From contig JBHHUM010000025.1 of the NCBI GenBank assembly GCA_046861645.1, positions 1 through 28,317 on the forward strand: 28,317 bases of DNA. The letters run 5' to 3'. Position numbers and translations under genes: made by a program. This document shows, piece after piece, positions 1 to 9,683 of this stretch. Positions within the stretch are counted from its first letter, which is position 1. Each line of letters begins with the position of its first letter. Source of the stretch: Fidelibacterota bacterium. Lineage in GTDB: Bacteria > Fidelibacterota > Marinisomatia > Marinisomatales > UBA2128. The notes beneath the pieces are model-generated. The model worked only from the letters and a program-made list of their open reading frames with translations. It did not search any database and was not told the origin of the DNA.

Positions 1-83
1 CTGGTTTCTGTCACATATTAGGAGCTGTCACTTAACTGACACAAAACTCATAAATCGAGTAAGCCAATAGCAAACATTATAAA

Positions 84-719
84 ATGGAAAAGAGAGATAT
101 TCACCATAGGAAAAGGGATTTCCAAACCACTACACGTAATCTTAAGAACAATGATATAATTGTACCCAGAAATCGACAACTGATCCTCGACTTCATTAGA
201 GATTGTAGACTGGGAAAGACGGTTAAGAAAAAACAGAAAAAGGTCATTGGTGTAGCTCGATGCACAAAGTATATCCACATACTTGTCAAGATTTCCCTAT
301 GGATTGGAAAACCATTTGACGAAGTCAATGATAAGGATATGGAAGACTTCATCGCGGGATTAGAGAATGACAAGTATCGGTACGAACGCAAGACAAGAAA
401 AGGGGAAACAATAAGCGTGACGAAATATAGTCATGCGACAAAACTAGACTACAAGAAGACTATCAAGAAATTCTACAAATGGTTGTTCGGAAAAAATGAA
501 TATTACCCAGAGCTAGTTAACTGGATTGAAACCTATGAAAGAATAAAGGAAATACCTGCATTGAAAAGAGAGGAAGTTGAGAAGCTTGTGGTTGTTATAA
601 ATATCAGAAATAAAGCAATAATTATGTCAACCACAACTGCCTGTCAAGACTCCGGTACTGAATCGCCTCACTCAGATGCTGAGGGAGAATGCCGTCAACT
701 CCTTCAATATCTGCGATAG
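84..719 (+). pseudogene. Truncated tyrosine recombinase/integrase (N-terminal and core-binding part only; catalytic domain missing)
   Basis: Residues 1-181 resemble archaeal-type integrase N-termini ([63 protein letters not shown] = start of box I). The pattern stops at nt ~626. The last 30 codons are the antisense of the comM 3' end. No R-H-R-H/W-Y catalytic residues. Confidence 0.7.
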
Positions 720-2163
720 TTTGGGACACCTTAAGTATTCGATCATACGCCCGTGCCGACAGTCCCAGTTTTTCCATAGCGGTCTTCAAGAGCTTTCTGC
801 CATTCTCATCAATGCGGCAGTATTTCCTGATGTCCCGAGTGCCCATATGAGCGTTACAGTACTTATTGGAATGGGATTTGAAGCGCCTCAACTGCACTTC
901 CCGAGCCCTTTCCACCCGCTTGCGAACATCATCCGACGGCTCCCCTTTGGGCTTATCCGCTAAGTCAGTGTACGGAACAGCTGGTACTTCTACATGCAGA
1001 TCAATTCTATCGAGTAGAGGACCAGAGATGCGGCTCATGTATTTCTGGATCATTGGGGGCGTACAAGAACATTCGTTGTTAGGGTCAGTAGAGTAACCAC
1101 AAGGACAGGGATTCGTAGCTGCCAGCAACTGAAAATTGGCCGGGTAGGTTACAGAAACTGCCGCACGGGAAATGGTTACTTCTCCATTCTCAAGCGGCTG
1201 CCGCATCACCTCCAGGACGTTCTTCCGGAATTCTGCTAATTCATCCAGGAACAGCACACCGTGATGGGCAAGACTCACTTCTCCCGGCTTGGGGATCGTG
1301 CCGCCGCCGATAAGACCGGCATCGCTAATGGTATGGTGCGGCGCCCGGTACGGCCTGATTGCCACCAGCCCTACATCATTGGAGAGGACACCTGCAACTG
1401 AGTGAATCTTCGTGGTTTCCAGCGCTTCTTCTAAAGTAAGGTGTGGTAGAATGGTGGGCAAACGTTTAGCCAACATGGTCTTACCTGAACCAGGTGGACC
1501 AATCAGGATAGCATTGTGTCCACCCGCGGCAGCCACTTCCAGAGCTCGCTTCACATGTTCCTGACCACGTACATCCTCAAAGTCCACAGAATAATCCAGG
1601 TTTTCCTTGAATAAAGTACCCAGATCAACTTGGGTGGAAACCGTCTCAGTCTCATCATTCAGCATCGCTACCACTTCCTTCAGGGAAGTAAATCCAGCCA
1701 CCTTAACACCATCGGCCACAGCGGCTTCCCGGGCGTTCTGCTCGGGTAGCACGATTCCCTTTACACCCTGATAGGAAGCTGAGATGGCAATCGGCAGGGC
1801 ACCGCGAATCGGACGTAACGACCCATCTAAAGCTAATTCACCTAAGAGCCATAACTTGTCTAGGTAACTGGGCTTTACCTGTCCTAACGCAGCCAGGATA
1901 CCGATAGCAATGGGAAGATCAAAGGCGCTCCCTTCCTTCCGAATATCTGCTGGAGCCAGATTGATAATAGTTTTCTTGTTTGGGAATCTGAACCCGGAAT
2001 TTCTGATGGCAGCGACCACACGTTCTTTACTTTCTTTCACAGCACCTTCCGGAAGACCCACTGTAACAAATTTGGGCATGGGTGAAGGAGTCAGATTGGC
2101 TTCAATCTCTACCCGATAAGCATCGATACCCAGGATAGCGCTGCTTAGTACTCGGGCATGCAT
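622..2163 (-). CDS. comM: ComM/YifB Mg-chelatase-like AAA+ ATPase (competence helicase)
   Basis: N-terminal [15 protein letters not shown] and [20 protein letters not shown], Walker [15 protein letters not shown], Walker [35 protein letters not shown]. Full length at 513 aa. Confidence 0.96.
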   Translation of the reverse strand: MHARVLSSAILGIDAYRVEIEANLTPSPMPKFVTVGLPEGAVKESKERVVAAIRNSGFRFPNKKTIINLAPADIRKEGSAFDLPIAIGILAALGQVKPSYLDKLWLLGELALDGSLRPIRGALPIAISASYQGVKGIVLPEQNAREAAVADGVKVAGFTSLKEVVAMLNDETETVSTQVDLGTLFKENLDYSVDFEDVRGQEHVKRALEVAAAGGHNAILIGPPGSGKTMLAKRLPTILPHLTLEEALETTKIHSVAGVLSNDVGLVAIRPYRAPHHTISDAGLIGGGTIPKPGEVSLAHHGVLFLDELAEFRKNVLEVMRQPLENGEVTISRAAVSVTYPANFQLLAATNPCPCGYSTDPNNECSCTPPMIQKYMSRISGPLLDRIDLHVEVPAVPYTDLADKPKGEPSDDVRKRVERAREVQLRRFKSHSNKYCNAHMGTRDIRKYCRIDENGRKLLKTAMEKLGLSARAYDRILKVSQTIADIEGVDGILPQHLSEAIQYRSLDRQLWLT

Positions 2164-2166
2164 CGC

Positions 2167-2364
2167 TCAGGATCCAGAACAGGTAACAATCCCATTTACA
2201 GCAAAATAGGGAATCAATATATAAAGAATGCTATCACGAATCAGATAAAACATGGTAAAAAGAAGAACAATAATCCACCCTTTCTTTTTGATCAACAGTC
2301 TGAAACCACCGGTGCGGAAAAGGGATCTCCACTCTACAATGATTTTGGGAATTAGAAATTTCAC
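2167..2364 (-). CDS. Small membrane protein, hypothetical
   Basis: 65 aa with a basic patch followed by hydrophobic helices (FYLIRDSILYILIPY). Packed 3 nt from comM and 5 nt from the upstream gene on the same strand. Confidence 0.7.
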   Translation of the reverse strand: MKFLIPKIIVEWRSLFRTGGFRLLIKKKGWIIVLLFTMFYLIRDSILYILIPYFAVNGIVTCSGS

Positions 2365-2369
2365 TATAC

Positions 2370-2816
2370 TTATTCATCCTCAATTTTCTTTATACCGACA
2401 CTTTCTTCCTCTCCTAAAAGACTTTCGATTTTCTCCATCATCGTCTTTCCCTTCTGCTGAGAAAACACGTACGCATATTCTAGAGCATCATGAAATGGCC
2501 GGTCAGAAAAAACTTTTTCTTCATAATATTCATCAATCCAACCGACAAACTTGGCCATATCAGTCTGCTCCAACTCATCGAGGATTTTATAGGCTATCTC
2601 TGCCCGATTATCGAAATACCATTTGGTCATCTCTCCATAACCCGTCTCAGCAATCATGACGTTGTGCATCTCATGAACCTGTGTAAGGTAAGCCATGAGA
2701 AAGACCTCTTTTTCTTTCGGTTCGAGGGTCTTCCAATAGAGGACCAAGGGTGAATAGTTGGTCTGAGTGAATCCCATACCAGATATCATTAAAAGTGACA
2801 AAATGAATTTCTTCAT
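2370..2816 (-). CDS. Exported hypothetical protein
   Basis: Start moved to the ATG at 2816 (MKKFILSLLMISGMGFTQ signal peptide, GAGGA RBS upstream), which removes the overlap with ispG. Confidence 0.8.
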   Translation of the reverse strand: MKKFILSLLMISGMGFTQTNYSPLVLYWKTLEPKEKEVFLMAYLTQVHEMHNVMIAETGYGEMTKWYFDNRAEIAYKILDELEQTDMAKFVGWIDEYYEEKVFSDRPFHDALEYAYVFSQQKGKTMMEKIESLLGEEESVGIKKIEDE

Positions 2817-2850
2817 TATACTATTCCTCTCTCTAGTTTCAGATACTCCT

Positions 2851-3933
2851 TCAAGTCTTTTTATTCTGCTCTTTTTCAATAATTTCCAGAAGACGAGCCA
2901 CAGCTTTATCCTCACTTACTTTTCCAAACTTTTCACCATCCTTATAAATCAGCCCCCCTCCTTTCCCAAAAGCAATACCCATGTCAGCATGACTAGCTTC
3001 ACCCGGACCATTAACCGCACAGCCCATTAATGCCAGGGTCATGGGCTTTTTCACATCTTTCAGTTTTTCCTCCATCTCACCTGCAATCTTGAACAGATCC
3101 ACCTCCAGACGCCCACAGGTTGGGCAAGCAACGATCGTGACGCCTCTGCTGGCCAGATGAAGTGATTTCAAAATCTCGAACCCCACCCGTACTTCTTCTA
3201 CAGGATCATCTGTTAAACTTACCCTGATGGTATCACCAATTCCTGCAGCTAAAAGTGAACCGAGTCCTATAGCAGATTTTACCGTACCACTTTTTGCAGG
3301 TCCGGCTTCAGTTACACCAAGATGAAGAGGATAGTCAAACTGTTCAGCAAATAAACGGTAAGAATCCATCATCAAGCATACATCAGAAGATTTCAAAGAC
3401 ACGACAATGTCCTCGAAGTCAAACTCCCGGCAAATTTGGATATGCTTTCTAGCGCTCTCCACCATCGCTTCCGGGGTTGGATAGCCATATTTCTCCATTA
3501 GATCCCTTTCCAGGCTGCCGGCGTTTACACCGATCCGGATAGGAAGTCCAGCACTCTTTACTTTTTTCAGTACCTTTTCCACCCGTTCACGTTTACCAAT
3601 ATTTCCTGGATTAATCCGAATTTTATCCGCCCCGGCATCTACGGCCAACAGAGCCATACGGTAATCAAAGTGAATATCAGCAACTAAGGGAACGGACATC
3701 TCCTTTTTGATCTCCCGAAGAGCCAGGGCAGCCCGTTCATCAGGTACTGTTATGCGAATAATCTGACATCCAGCCTTTTCCAAACGTTTTACTTCTTGTA
3801 GAGTAGCGGAAATATCATGTGTTTTGGTAGTTGTCATGGACTGGACGGTAATAGGAGCCTCTCCGCCAATTGGTACATCACCTACCATCACTTGACGGGT
3901 TTTATGTCTCTTTAAAGGTAAAGTAGATTCCAT
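2851..3933 (-). CDS. ispG: (E)-4-hydroxy-3-methylbut-2-enyl-diphosphate synthase (MEP pathway)
   Basis: VQSMTTT, LVADIHFDY, RINPGNIG, RIGVNAGSL, PLHLGVTEAG, GDTIRVSL, and [4Fe-4S] ligands CPTCGR and GCAVNGPGE. Confidence 0.97.
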   Translation of the reverse strand: MESTLPLKRHKTRQVMVGDVPIGGEAPITVQSMTTTKTHDISATLQEVKRLEKAGCQIIRITVPDERAALALREIKKEMSVPLVADIHFDYRMALLAVDAGADKIRINPGNIGKRERVEKVLKKVKSAGLPIRIGVNAGSLERDLMEKYGYPTPEAMVESARKHIQICREFDFEDIVVSLKSSDVCLMMDSYRLFAEQFDYPLHLGVTEAGPAKSGTVKSAIGLGSLLAAGIGDTIRVSLTDDPVEEVRVGFEILKSLHLASRGVTIVACPTCGRLEVDLFKIAGEMEEKLKDVKKPMTLALMGCAVNGPGEASHADMGIAFGKGGGLIYKDGEKFGKVSEDKAVARLLEIIEKEQNKKT

Positions 3934-3983
3934 GACACTAAATCGAAGTTATAATGAGGTTAAGAGAATGCCAATGGAAATGA

Positions 3984-5123
3984 CTAAGGCTCATAGGGGT
4001 GTTTTAAATACTGTTCAGCCTTTGTCATCGCAGAAGTATAGTTATCCAGGCTGACCGCCGCCCGGTAATTGGCAACAGCTTGTCGACGTTCTCCCTTTAA
4101 ATCAAATATCATACCTCTCAGCAGATAACCATATCCCAGAGGAGTATCCAATTCTGTGTTGAATTCATCGATAGATTCAGTTACCAATCGTAAAGCCTTA
4201 TCCAGATCACCTCGATAGAAATCGAGAAGAGCCTGTTGATATTTCAGTGTGGGTTGCCAGGCTTTTTGGGATGCGGGCAGATTATCGTTAGCCATATCCC
4301 AGGTAATAGCAAGACTCGTTTCCGCTTCATCTAACCGCTTTAACATTAATAACGTCTCGGTGTACAGATGATTGTAATAAGCGCTACGGGGAAACTCTTC
4401 CCTTAACATTTTAGTGATGGGCAAGGCACTCTCATAATCATCATACATCCATAGATAGATATAGGCTAAGGTAGAAGCAGATTCAATCCATGCATATTCA
4501 GCCTTCTTCGCTGCCAGCTTCATCTGTTCTATACCTTTACTTTCATCAGCTTCAATACCAAACACTTTTGCCAGTATTTTTACTACTGAAGAACTACGAC
4601 CAATATAATAGTTGAGAATACCCACCGGCAGATACGCATCATAAAGATCAGGATTAGCGCGATGAACCGCTACGGTGCCCCGGTAACCCTGTATACCTGC
4701 TGACACTACCCCCAGCCAATCTTTACGACCTAAGGCTACACGAGCCCGTAGTCCTTGGGTGGCAGCAAGATTCAATTTGTATTCAGGATCATCTGGGTAT
4801 TTTATAACCAGCTCTTCATACATTGGAATTACCGTAGCGATCGATTCCTCCAAGACTTTATGAGCTACTAAATGTCCATCCTGAGCCTGTGCTCGTAACC
4901 ACAGAGAGACGGCCCAAACAAGGTGAACCGTAGGATGCTCTGGAAAATCATTTTTTGCTTGAGTTAGAATTGTAACTGATTCATTATAGTCTTCGTTGTA
5001 GAAGGCTCTAATACCCTGCCATACCACCTCATCTCCTGTCTTATTCGCTGCTGATAATGTTCCTGTAAACCAGGTAAAAAGCAGAAATAGTAGATTCCGT
5101 AGTAATATTCTGCAGATAATCAT
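3984..5123 (-). CDS. Exported tetratricopeptide-repeat protein
   Basis: Signal peptide (..TGTLSA). All-helical with TPR-like units (YGYLLRGMIFDLKGERRQAVANYRAAVSLD). Confidence 0.8.
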   Translation of the reverse strand: MIICRILLRNLLFLLFTWFTGTLSAANKTGDEVVWQGIRAFYNEDYNESVTILTQAKNDFPEHPTVHLVWAVSLWLRAQAQDGHLVAHKVLEESIATVIPMYEELVIKYPDDPEYKLNLAATQGLRARVALGRKDWLGVVSAGIQGYRGTVAVHRANPDLYDAYLPVGILNYYIGRSSSVVKILAKVFGIEADESKGIEQMKLAAKKAEYAWIESASTLAYIYLWMYDDYESALPITKMLREEFPRSAYYNHLYTETLLMLKRLDEAETSLAITWDMANDNLPASQKAWQPTLKYQQALLDFYRGDLDKALRLVTESIDEFNTELDTPLGYGYLLRGMIFDLKGERRQAVANYRAAVSLDNYTSAMTKAEQYLKHPYEP

Positions 5124-5174
5124 ATCAGGTCCGTAGGTAGTAGAAGATAATCAGAAAATAATGATTTTCAGGAA

Positions 5175-6797
5175 TTAACCCCGTCCCGCAATAATAAGCC
5201 ATCCCTGGGCACTATTCCCATCTGGTTGGATAAGTAAACTTTTCTGCCAGGCTGCAGTGGCCATCTCTTTTTCACCCATGTACCAGTAAGTGATACCCAG
5301 ACCGTTGTAATGTTCTGGATCGGCAGGATCTATATCAATGGCATCCTGATAAGCCCGGAGAGCTTCCCGGTAAAGACCGTGCTCACGGTAGAATTCTCCA
5401 GAAGTTCTAAGAGCGAGGGATAACCAGTCTTGAGAATTGGGATTTACTGATAAAGCATTAGCAAAAGCTTGTCGTCCTAAATCGGTATAGCCACTACGAT
5501 TATATTCCACACTCATTATATAATACACCTGTGGCAACAGGACTCGAACTTCGGGATGATTGGGAGCATAAATGAGAAGATCTTCCCAGGCTGCAGCAGC
5601 TTTACTCCATTCGTAAGCTTTGAAGTAACTCAACCCCTGTTTGAACCTTAAATCGACATCCTGTGGTACAACAGGAAGAACATGATCATATGTCACAGCA
5701 GCATATAGGAAATTTCCCTGATCATAGTACAGATCACCCAGAGCTTTTGCTGCTGAAGGATCGCTTCTATTCAGGGACATACTGGTTTTGTAAGATTTTT
5801 TAGCCTGTTCTATTTCCCCAAGATTTTCGAGAGCCCGACCTTCCAAAAATGGGAAAATATGGTTATCAGGATAGCGGGAGACACCGTCATTGGCCAGCGA
5901 GAGTGCTTCATCGTAGGATTGCCGATTTAGACTTTCCCGGACCAGGTTCAGTAGATTTGCTGGTCCTTCCGGTTCTCGAACAGCGGCTTTTCCGTAAAGA
6001 TCATGCGCCATCTTATCTCCTTGAGGTTCTCCAGAATAGAGTGCCAGGGCATTAATCGTACCAATATGATTAGGATCGATTTCCAGAGCTTCTTCATAAG
6101 CAAATCGGGCTTTATGATGCTGACCCATCTTGGAATATAGAGATCCGAGGAAATAATGATAATCAGCTACTGAGGGATCACTTCCAATTAACCTCAAATA
6201 AATATCCTTGGCTTTGGAATACATCCCTTTTCGTTCGTATTCCAGAGCTAACTCACGTTGGACTATAACACTTTCCGGTTGTTCAGCCGCTCGCTGTTCT
6301 ATTCGCTGTAGTTTTTCACCAGCAGGAAAGACCTTTCTGACTGGAGGAGCTGGTTTAAGAGCTTGTAAAGCTTTGTTCATGCGACGCATGCTGACGTCGA
6401 GATCATAGGTAAGTTTGTAAATATCATCTGAAATTTGATAATTACTGCGGGTTGGTGTGGGGACCTCTTTTCTCTCTGGAGATATCTTTCTACGTTTAGG
6501 AGTACCTTTCTTTTTGGGTGATGCCTTTCTCTTGGCAGGTCTTTTCTTTTTACCTTTTCTTGATTTTTTCTTTCTAGAAGGCTTCTTTTTCTGGGAAGAC
6601 TTTTTCTTACCCTGACTAGATTTCTTTTTAGAAGAGCCCTTTTTACTCCTACTCTTTTTCTTTTTCTTTCTCTTTTTCTTATCCTGAGTGAGAGGAGCTG
6701 GCTCAGAAGTATACAAGGAAAGAGACTCAACTGGGAACATGCCCAGCATCAAAAGGTAAACCAGAAGACGGATTAGATATTTTGTAAGTGTGTTCAA
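5175..6797 (-). CDS. Exported TPR protein with an N-terminal Lys/Arg/Ser-rich low-complexity segment
   Basis: Many canonical TPRs (YHYFLGSLYSKMGQHHKARFAYEEALEIDP; HYNGLGITYWYMGEKEMATAAWQKSLLIQP). Hydrophobic N-terminus. The TTG at 6797 follows GAGGT; the alternative start is 6815. Confidence 0.85.
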   Translation of the reverse strand: MNTLTKYLIRLLVYLLMLGMFPVESLSLYTSEPAPLTQDKKKRKKKKKSRSKKGSSKKKSSQGKKKSSQKKKPSRKKKSRKGKKKRPAKRKASPKKKGTPKRRKISPERKEVPTPTRSNYQISDDIYKLTYDLDVSMRRMNKALQALKPAPPVRKVFPAGEKLQRIEQRAAEQPESVIVQRELALEYERKGMYSKAKDIYLRLIGSDPSVADYHYFLGSLYSKMGQHHKARFAYEEALEIDPNHIGTINALALYSGEPQGDKMAHDLYGKAAVREPEGPANLLNLVRESLNRQSYDEALSLANDGVSRYPDNHIFPFLEGRALENLGEIEQAKKSYKTSMSLNRSDPSAAKALGDLYYDQGNFLYAAVTYDHVLPVVPQDVDLRFKQGLSYFKAYEWSKAAAAWEDLLIYAPNHPEVRVLLPQVYYIMSVEYNRSGYTDLGRQAFANALSVNPNSQDWLSLALRTSGEFYREHGLYREALRAYQDAIDIDPADPEHYNGLGITYWYMGEKEMATAAWQKSLLIQPDGNSAQGWLIIAGRG

Positions 6798-6905
6798 TGT
6801 TACCTCGGATAACAAATATACAATGATGAACGGAAAATTGAATCAATATTTTTATATTTATTAGTTATCAATTACATCATTACCACCACTACTAGCAAAG
6901 ATGCC

Positions 6906-7553
6906 ATGTTAGCTGCAAAAATTAAGTCACTCCTGACTTTGGGGTTTCCAATTGTAATTCTGACCTGTAGTCCACTGCTTCGAGGGGCAACGGAAGAAGA
7001 TCAATTAACCCAAATTCAAAGTATTTCCATTTCTCAGAAAGCTAACGGCACCGTCATCCGGATCAAAACTGATGGCAATCTCCCGAAAGATGTTACCGCC
7101 TGGGAAGCTGACAATAAATGGTTCTATGTTACTTTGGTTGGTTGCCAGATCGATACAGCTATAGAAAAACCATTTATAGAGACCGGGATTATCACAGATT
7201 TTCAGTCATTGCAATTGGAAGAAACAGTCCAATTGAATTTCCAGCTCACCAACAAACTATCCGCTTATAACATTCTGGATAACGATCAAAATGAAATCCT
7301 CATTACCCTGCGTCTCCCTTTGGGTGAAACGGTCGCTTCCAGTGAAAGTGAGAATTTATTGGTTAACCAGCAAATAAAACCCCATCCCTTTTCCTATCTG
7401 GTCATAGTCACAGGTGGAGGTTTGATAGTCAAGGGTATAGTCGAATCTCGCTTCCAGGATTTTCTTGCTGGTACCGTTATTCTCGTGGGAGGATACCTTT
7501 GGATGCAATCATCCCCTGTAGAAATGGCAGTTGTGGAAGAATCTGAACAATGA
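6906..7553 (+). CDS. AMIN-like domain protein with a C-terminal membrane hairpin
   Basis: Signal-like N-terminus, beta-rich segment (IQSISISQKANGTVIRIKT..WFYVTL..TVQLNFQL) typical of AMIN, and two hydrophobic helices at the C-terminus. ATGA overlap with the next gene. Confidence 0.6.
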   Translation: MLAAKIKSLLTLGFPIVILTCSPLLRGATEEDQLTQIQSISISQKANGTVIRIKTDGNLPKDVTAWEADNKWFYVTLVGCQIDTAIEKPFIETGIITDFQSLQLEETVQLNFQLTNKLSAYNILDNDQNEILITLRLPLGETVASSESENLLVNQQIKPHPFSYLVIVTGGGLIVKGIVESRFQDFLAGTVILVGGYLWMQSSPVEMAVVEESEQ

Positions 7554-9364
7554 AGTACAAACTGCTTCTTATACTTATCCTCAACGGAGTTTATCACATA
7601 TCTGCTGAAGACGATTTCTCCTGGTTGCTCAGCCAATATGACAGGGGAGAAATTTCCCGGGAAGATTGGATCGTGACAAGTATTCGTCGCCTCCTCCCTG
7701 AAGCTGAACCGGTCTCATTTGAATTACTTAAATGTGGAACTCCAATAATCCAAAGTTTGCGACGAAATTATATCTTACTTTCCCCTGCTACCCAAAAACT
7801 TCTATCTACTTTAGGTATCAAATCGTATGGTGATAACTTCAGTTTCACTCGACCAACCGGATTGAATGAAACATATGATCTGGATGGCTATCGCATCCAC
7901 TATACAACCACCGGTTCTGATGCAGTAGAAACAACCGACTTAAATGCAAATGGAATACCAGATTATATTGACATCATAGCCGCCATTGCCTCTAAAGTTG
8001 ATTCTCTGGAATTGAATTCATATAACTTCAGTACACCTCCTGCCGATGGCTGGTATGCTGAAAATGGAGGAGATGAGCGATATGACATCTATGTCAAATC
8101 TCTATCCTGGGGATTGTATGGGTATGTCAATCCTGAATATTTGGCAAATTCATACTCCGGTGATAATGAAAATACTTCTCGTATAGAATCCAATGCATTT
8201 ACAAGCTATATGGTACTACGTAATAATTATGAGGGCTTTCCAACTCCCCAAACAGAAAGTTTACAGGTTACTATTGCTCATGAATTCTTCCATGCCATCC
8301 AGTTTGGTTATGATGGTTGGGAAGCCACCTGGATGCTGGAAGCAACGGCGACCTGGATGGAAGATGAGGTTTACGACGAAATAAATGATAATTACCAGTA
8401 CCTCCTTGACTGGTTCAAAAACCCCGGCACAGCTTTAAATCTTGACAGCAGTACGCGCTGGTATGGAAGTTTTATCTTTTTCCGCTATTTGTCAGAACAT
8501 TTGGGAGGACCCACTACTATTCGTAGGATTTTCGAACAAGGTATAAAACACGATAGCTATGATGATGACTTCAGCATTTTAACCATCGATGAAGCTCTCG
8601 ATTCGCTGGGTGTCTCATTTGAAGAGGGGTTGACTGCCATGACTATTACCAACCAGATACTCTCTTCCCGAGCTTCATTCAAAGAGTACACATACGAAGA
8701 AGCTCAAGATTATCGAGCTTACGGAATCCAACCTCATTATCAGGAAAGAGCCTTCTTGAACACGGATGAATATACTTTCATGTACAGTGAAAATGATCTG
8801 ATGAGCAACGCCGGTCACAATATTGAATTGGTTGGTTTGAACAGTCCCATGGATGCTGTATTTGCACCTGCAAAGGATATTGATGACAAGGAATTATTAA
8901 CCTCTTGGTGTGTAATTCAGACCCCGGAGGATGGTATTTTGATCTACGGTATCGGAACAAGTACTACAACTATTCCCATCCCCAGTGAGGCCGATTCTGT
9001 AGCTGTAGTCGTGGTTACAAAAAATGAACCCGATGCCAACTTTACTTATTCCCTGTTCATCATTCCTGAAATTCCCCTCCCTTCTAAAATTACTCTTCTA
9101 CAAAACTTTCCCAATCCAGCTAACGGAAAGCATACTACCATACGATTTTTCCTACCTGAAAAAGAAGATAAAGCAACTTTAACCCTTTATGATCTTTTAG
9201 GCAGAAGGTTAAAGCGAATGCAAATGACGTCACCTCAAGCAGGATTTAATGATGTAAAATTAAATACAGGTCGGATGGCAAATGGTATCTATGTAGTACA
9301 ACTCCAAGCAGGTTCTAAAAAAGCTGAAAGAGTGATCTCAATAGTTAAGGGAAAAAACGAGTAA
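7550..9364 (+). CDS. Secreted zinc metallopeptidase (MXAN_6640-like gluzincin) with T9SS/FlgD-like C-terminal sorting domain
   Basis: Signal peptide, KCGT propeptide-like Cys, D-x-N-x-N-G-IPDY Ca loop, HEFFH followed by EATATWMED, and C-terminal LLQNFPNP..LYDLLGR..NGIYVVQL. Confidence 0.82.
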   Translation: MKYKLLLILILNGVYHISAEDDFSWLLSQYDRGEISREDWIVTSIRRLLPEAEPVSFELLKCGTPIIQSLRRNYILLSPATQKLLSTLGIKSYGDNFSFTRPTGLNETYDLDGYRIHYTTTGSDAVETTDLNANGIPDYIDIIAAIASKVDSLELNSYNFSTPPADGWYAENGGDERYDIYVKSLSWGLYGYVNPEYLANSYSGDNENTSRIESNAFTSYMVLRNNYEGFPTPQTESLQVTIAHEFFHAIQFGYDGWEATWMLEATATWMEDEVYDEINDNYQYLLDWFKNPGTALNLDSSTRWYGSFIFFRYLSEHLGGPTTIRRIFEQGIKHDSYDDDFSILTIDEALDSLGVSFEEGLTAMTITNQILSSRASFKEYTYEEAQDYRAYGIQPHYQERAFLNTDEYTFMYSENDLMSNAGHNIELVGLNSPMDAVFAPAKDIDDKELLTSWCVIQTPEDGILIYGIGTSTTTIPIPSEADSVAVVVVTKNEPDANFTYSLFIIPEIPLPSKITLLQNFPNPANGKHTTIRFFLPEKEDKATLTLYDLLGRRLKRMQMTSPQAGFNDVKLNTGRMANGIYVVQLQAGSKKAERVISIVKGKNE

Positions 9365-9683
9365 AGACTAAGAACCCTTATCATTAGCTAAGGGATTAAC
9401 GTTATTCATTAACTTCATTATTAAACCAGCAACAAGATTTTATTGTACGTTTCTATCGGTAATATATAGTAATAAACTGAATTCCTATTTCTTGAGATGA
9501 GGTTGTGGACTCACTTTAATTAATACAATTCTGAAATACGAAAATAAACCAAGGCTTTAATGGAAAGTTTGGAAATATTCCGAATCGAAATATCTTTTTT
9601 ACTACTGCTTTTTAGATCCTGGATGACTACAGTACGGGTGATTCATGATAGTACCTCACAGAAAATTAATACGTCTATCAGGT

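Noticed and set aside
627..719. C-terminal 30 aa of the 211-aa ORF as real integrase sequence
   Set aside because: It is the reverse complement of the conserved comM C-terminus and has no recombinase motif.
622..2163. comM disrupted by an insertion
   Set aside because: The ORF is continuous and full length with a normal C-terminus ([10 protein letters not shown]).
2817..2915. N-terminal extension of the 181-aa ORF
   Set aside because: It overlaps ispG, and the ATG at 2816 has an RBS and a signal peptide.
6377..6730. 117-aa Arg/Lys-rich ORF
   Set aside because: Alternate frame of the A-rich low-complexity tract in the TPR gene.
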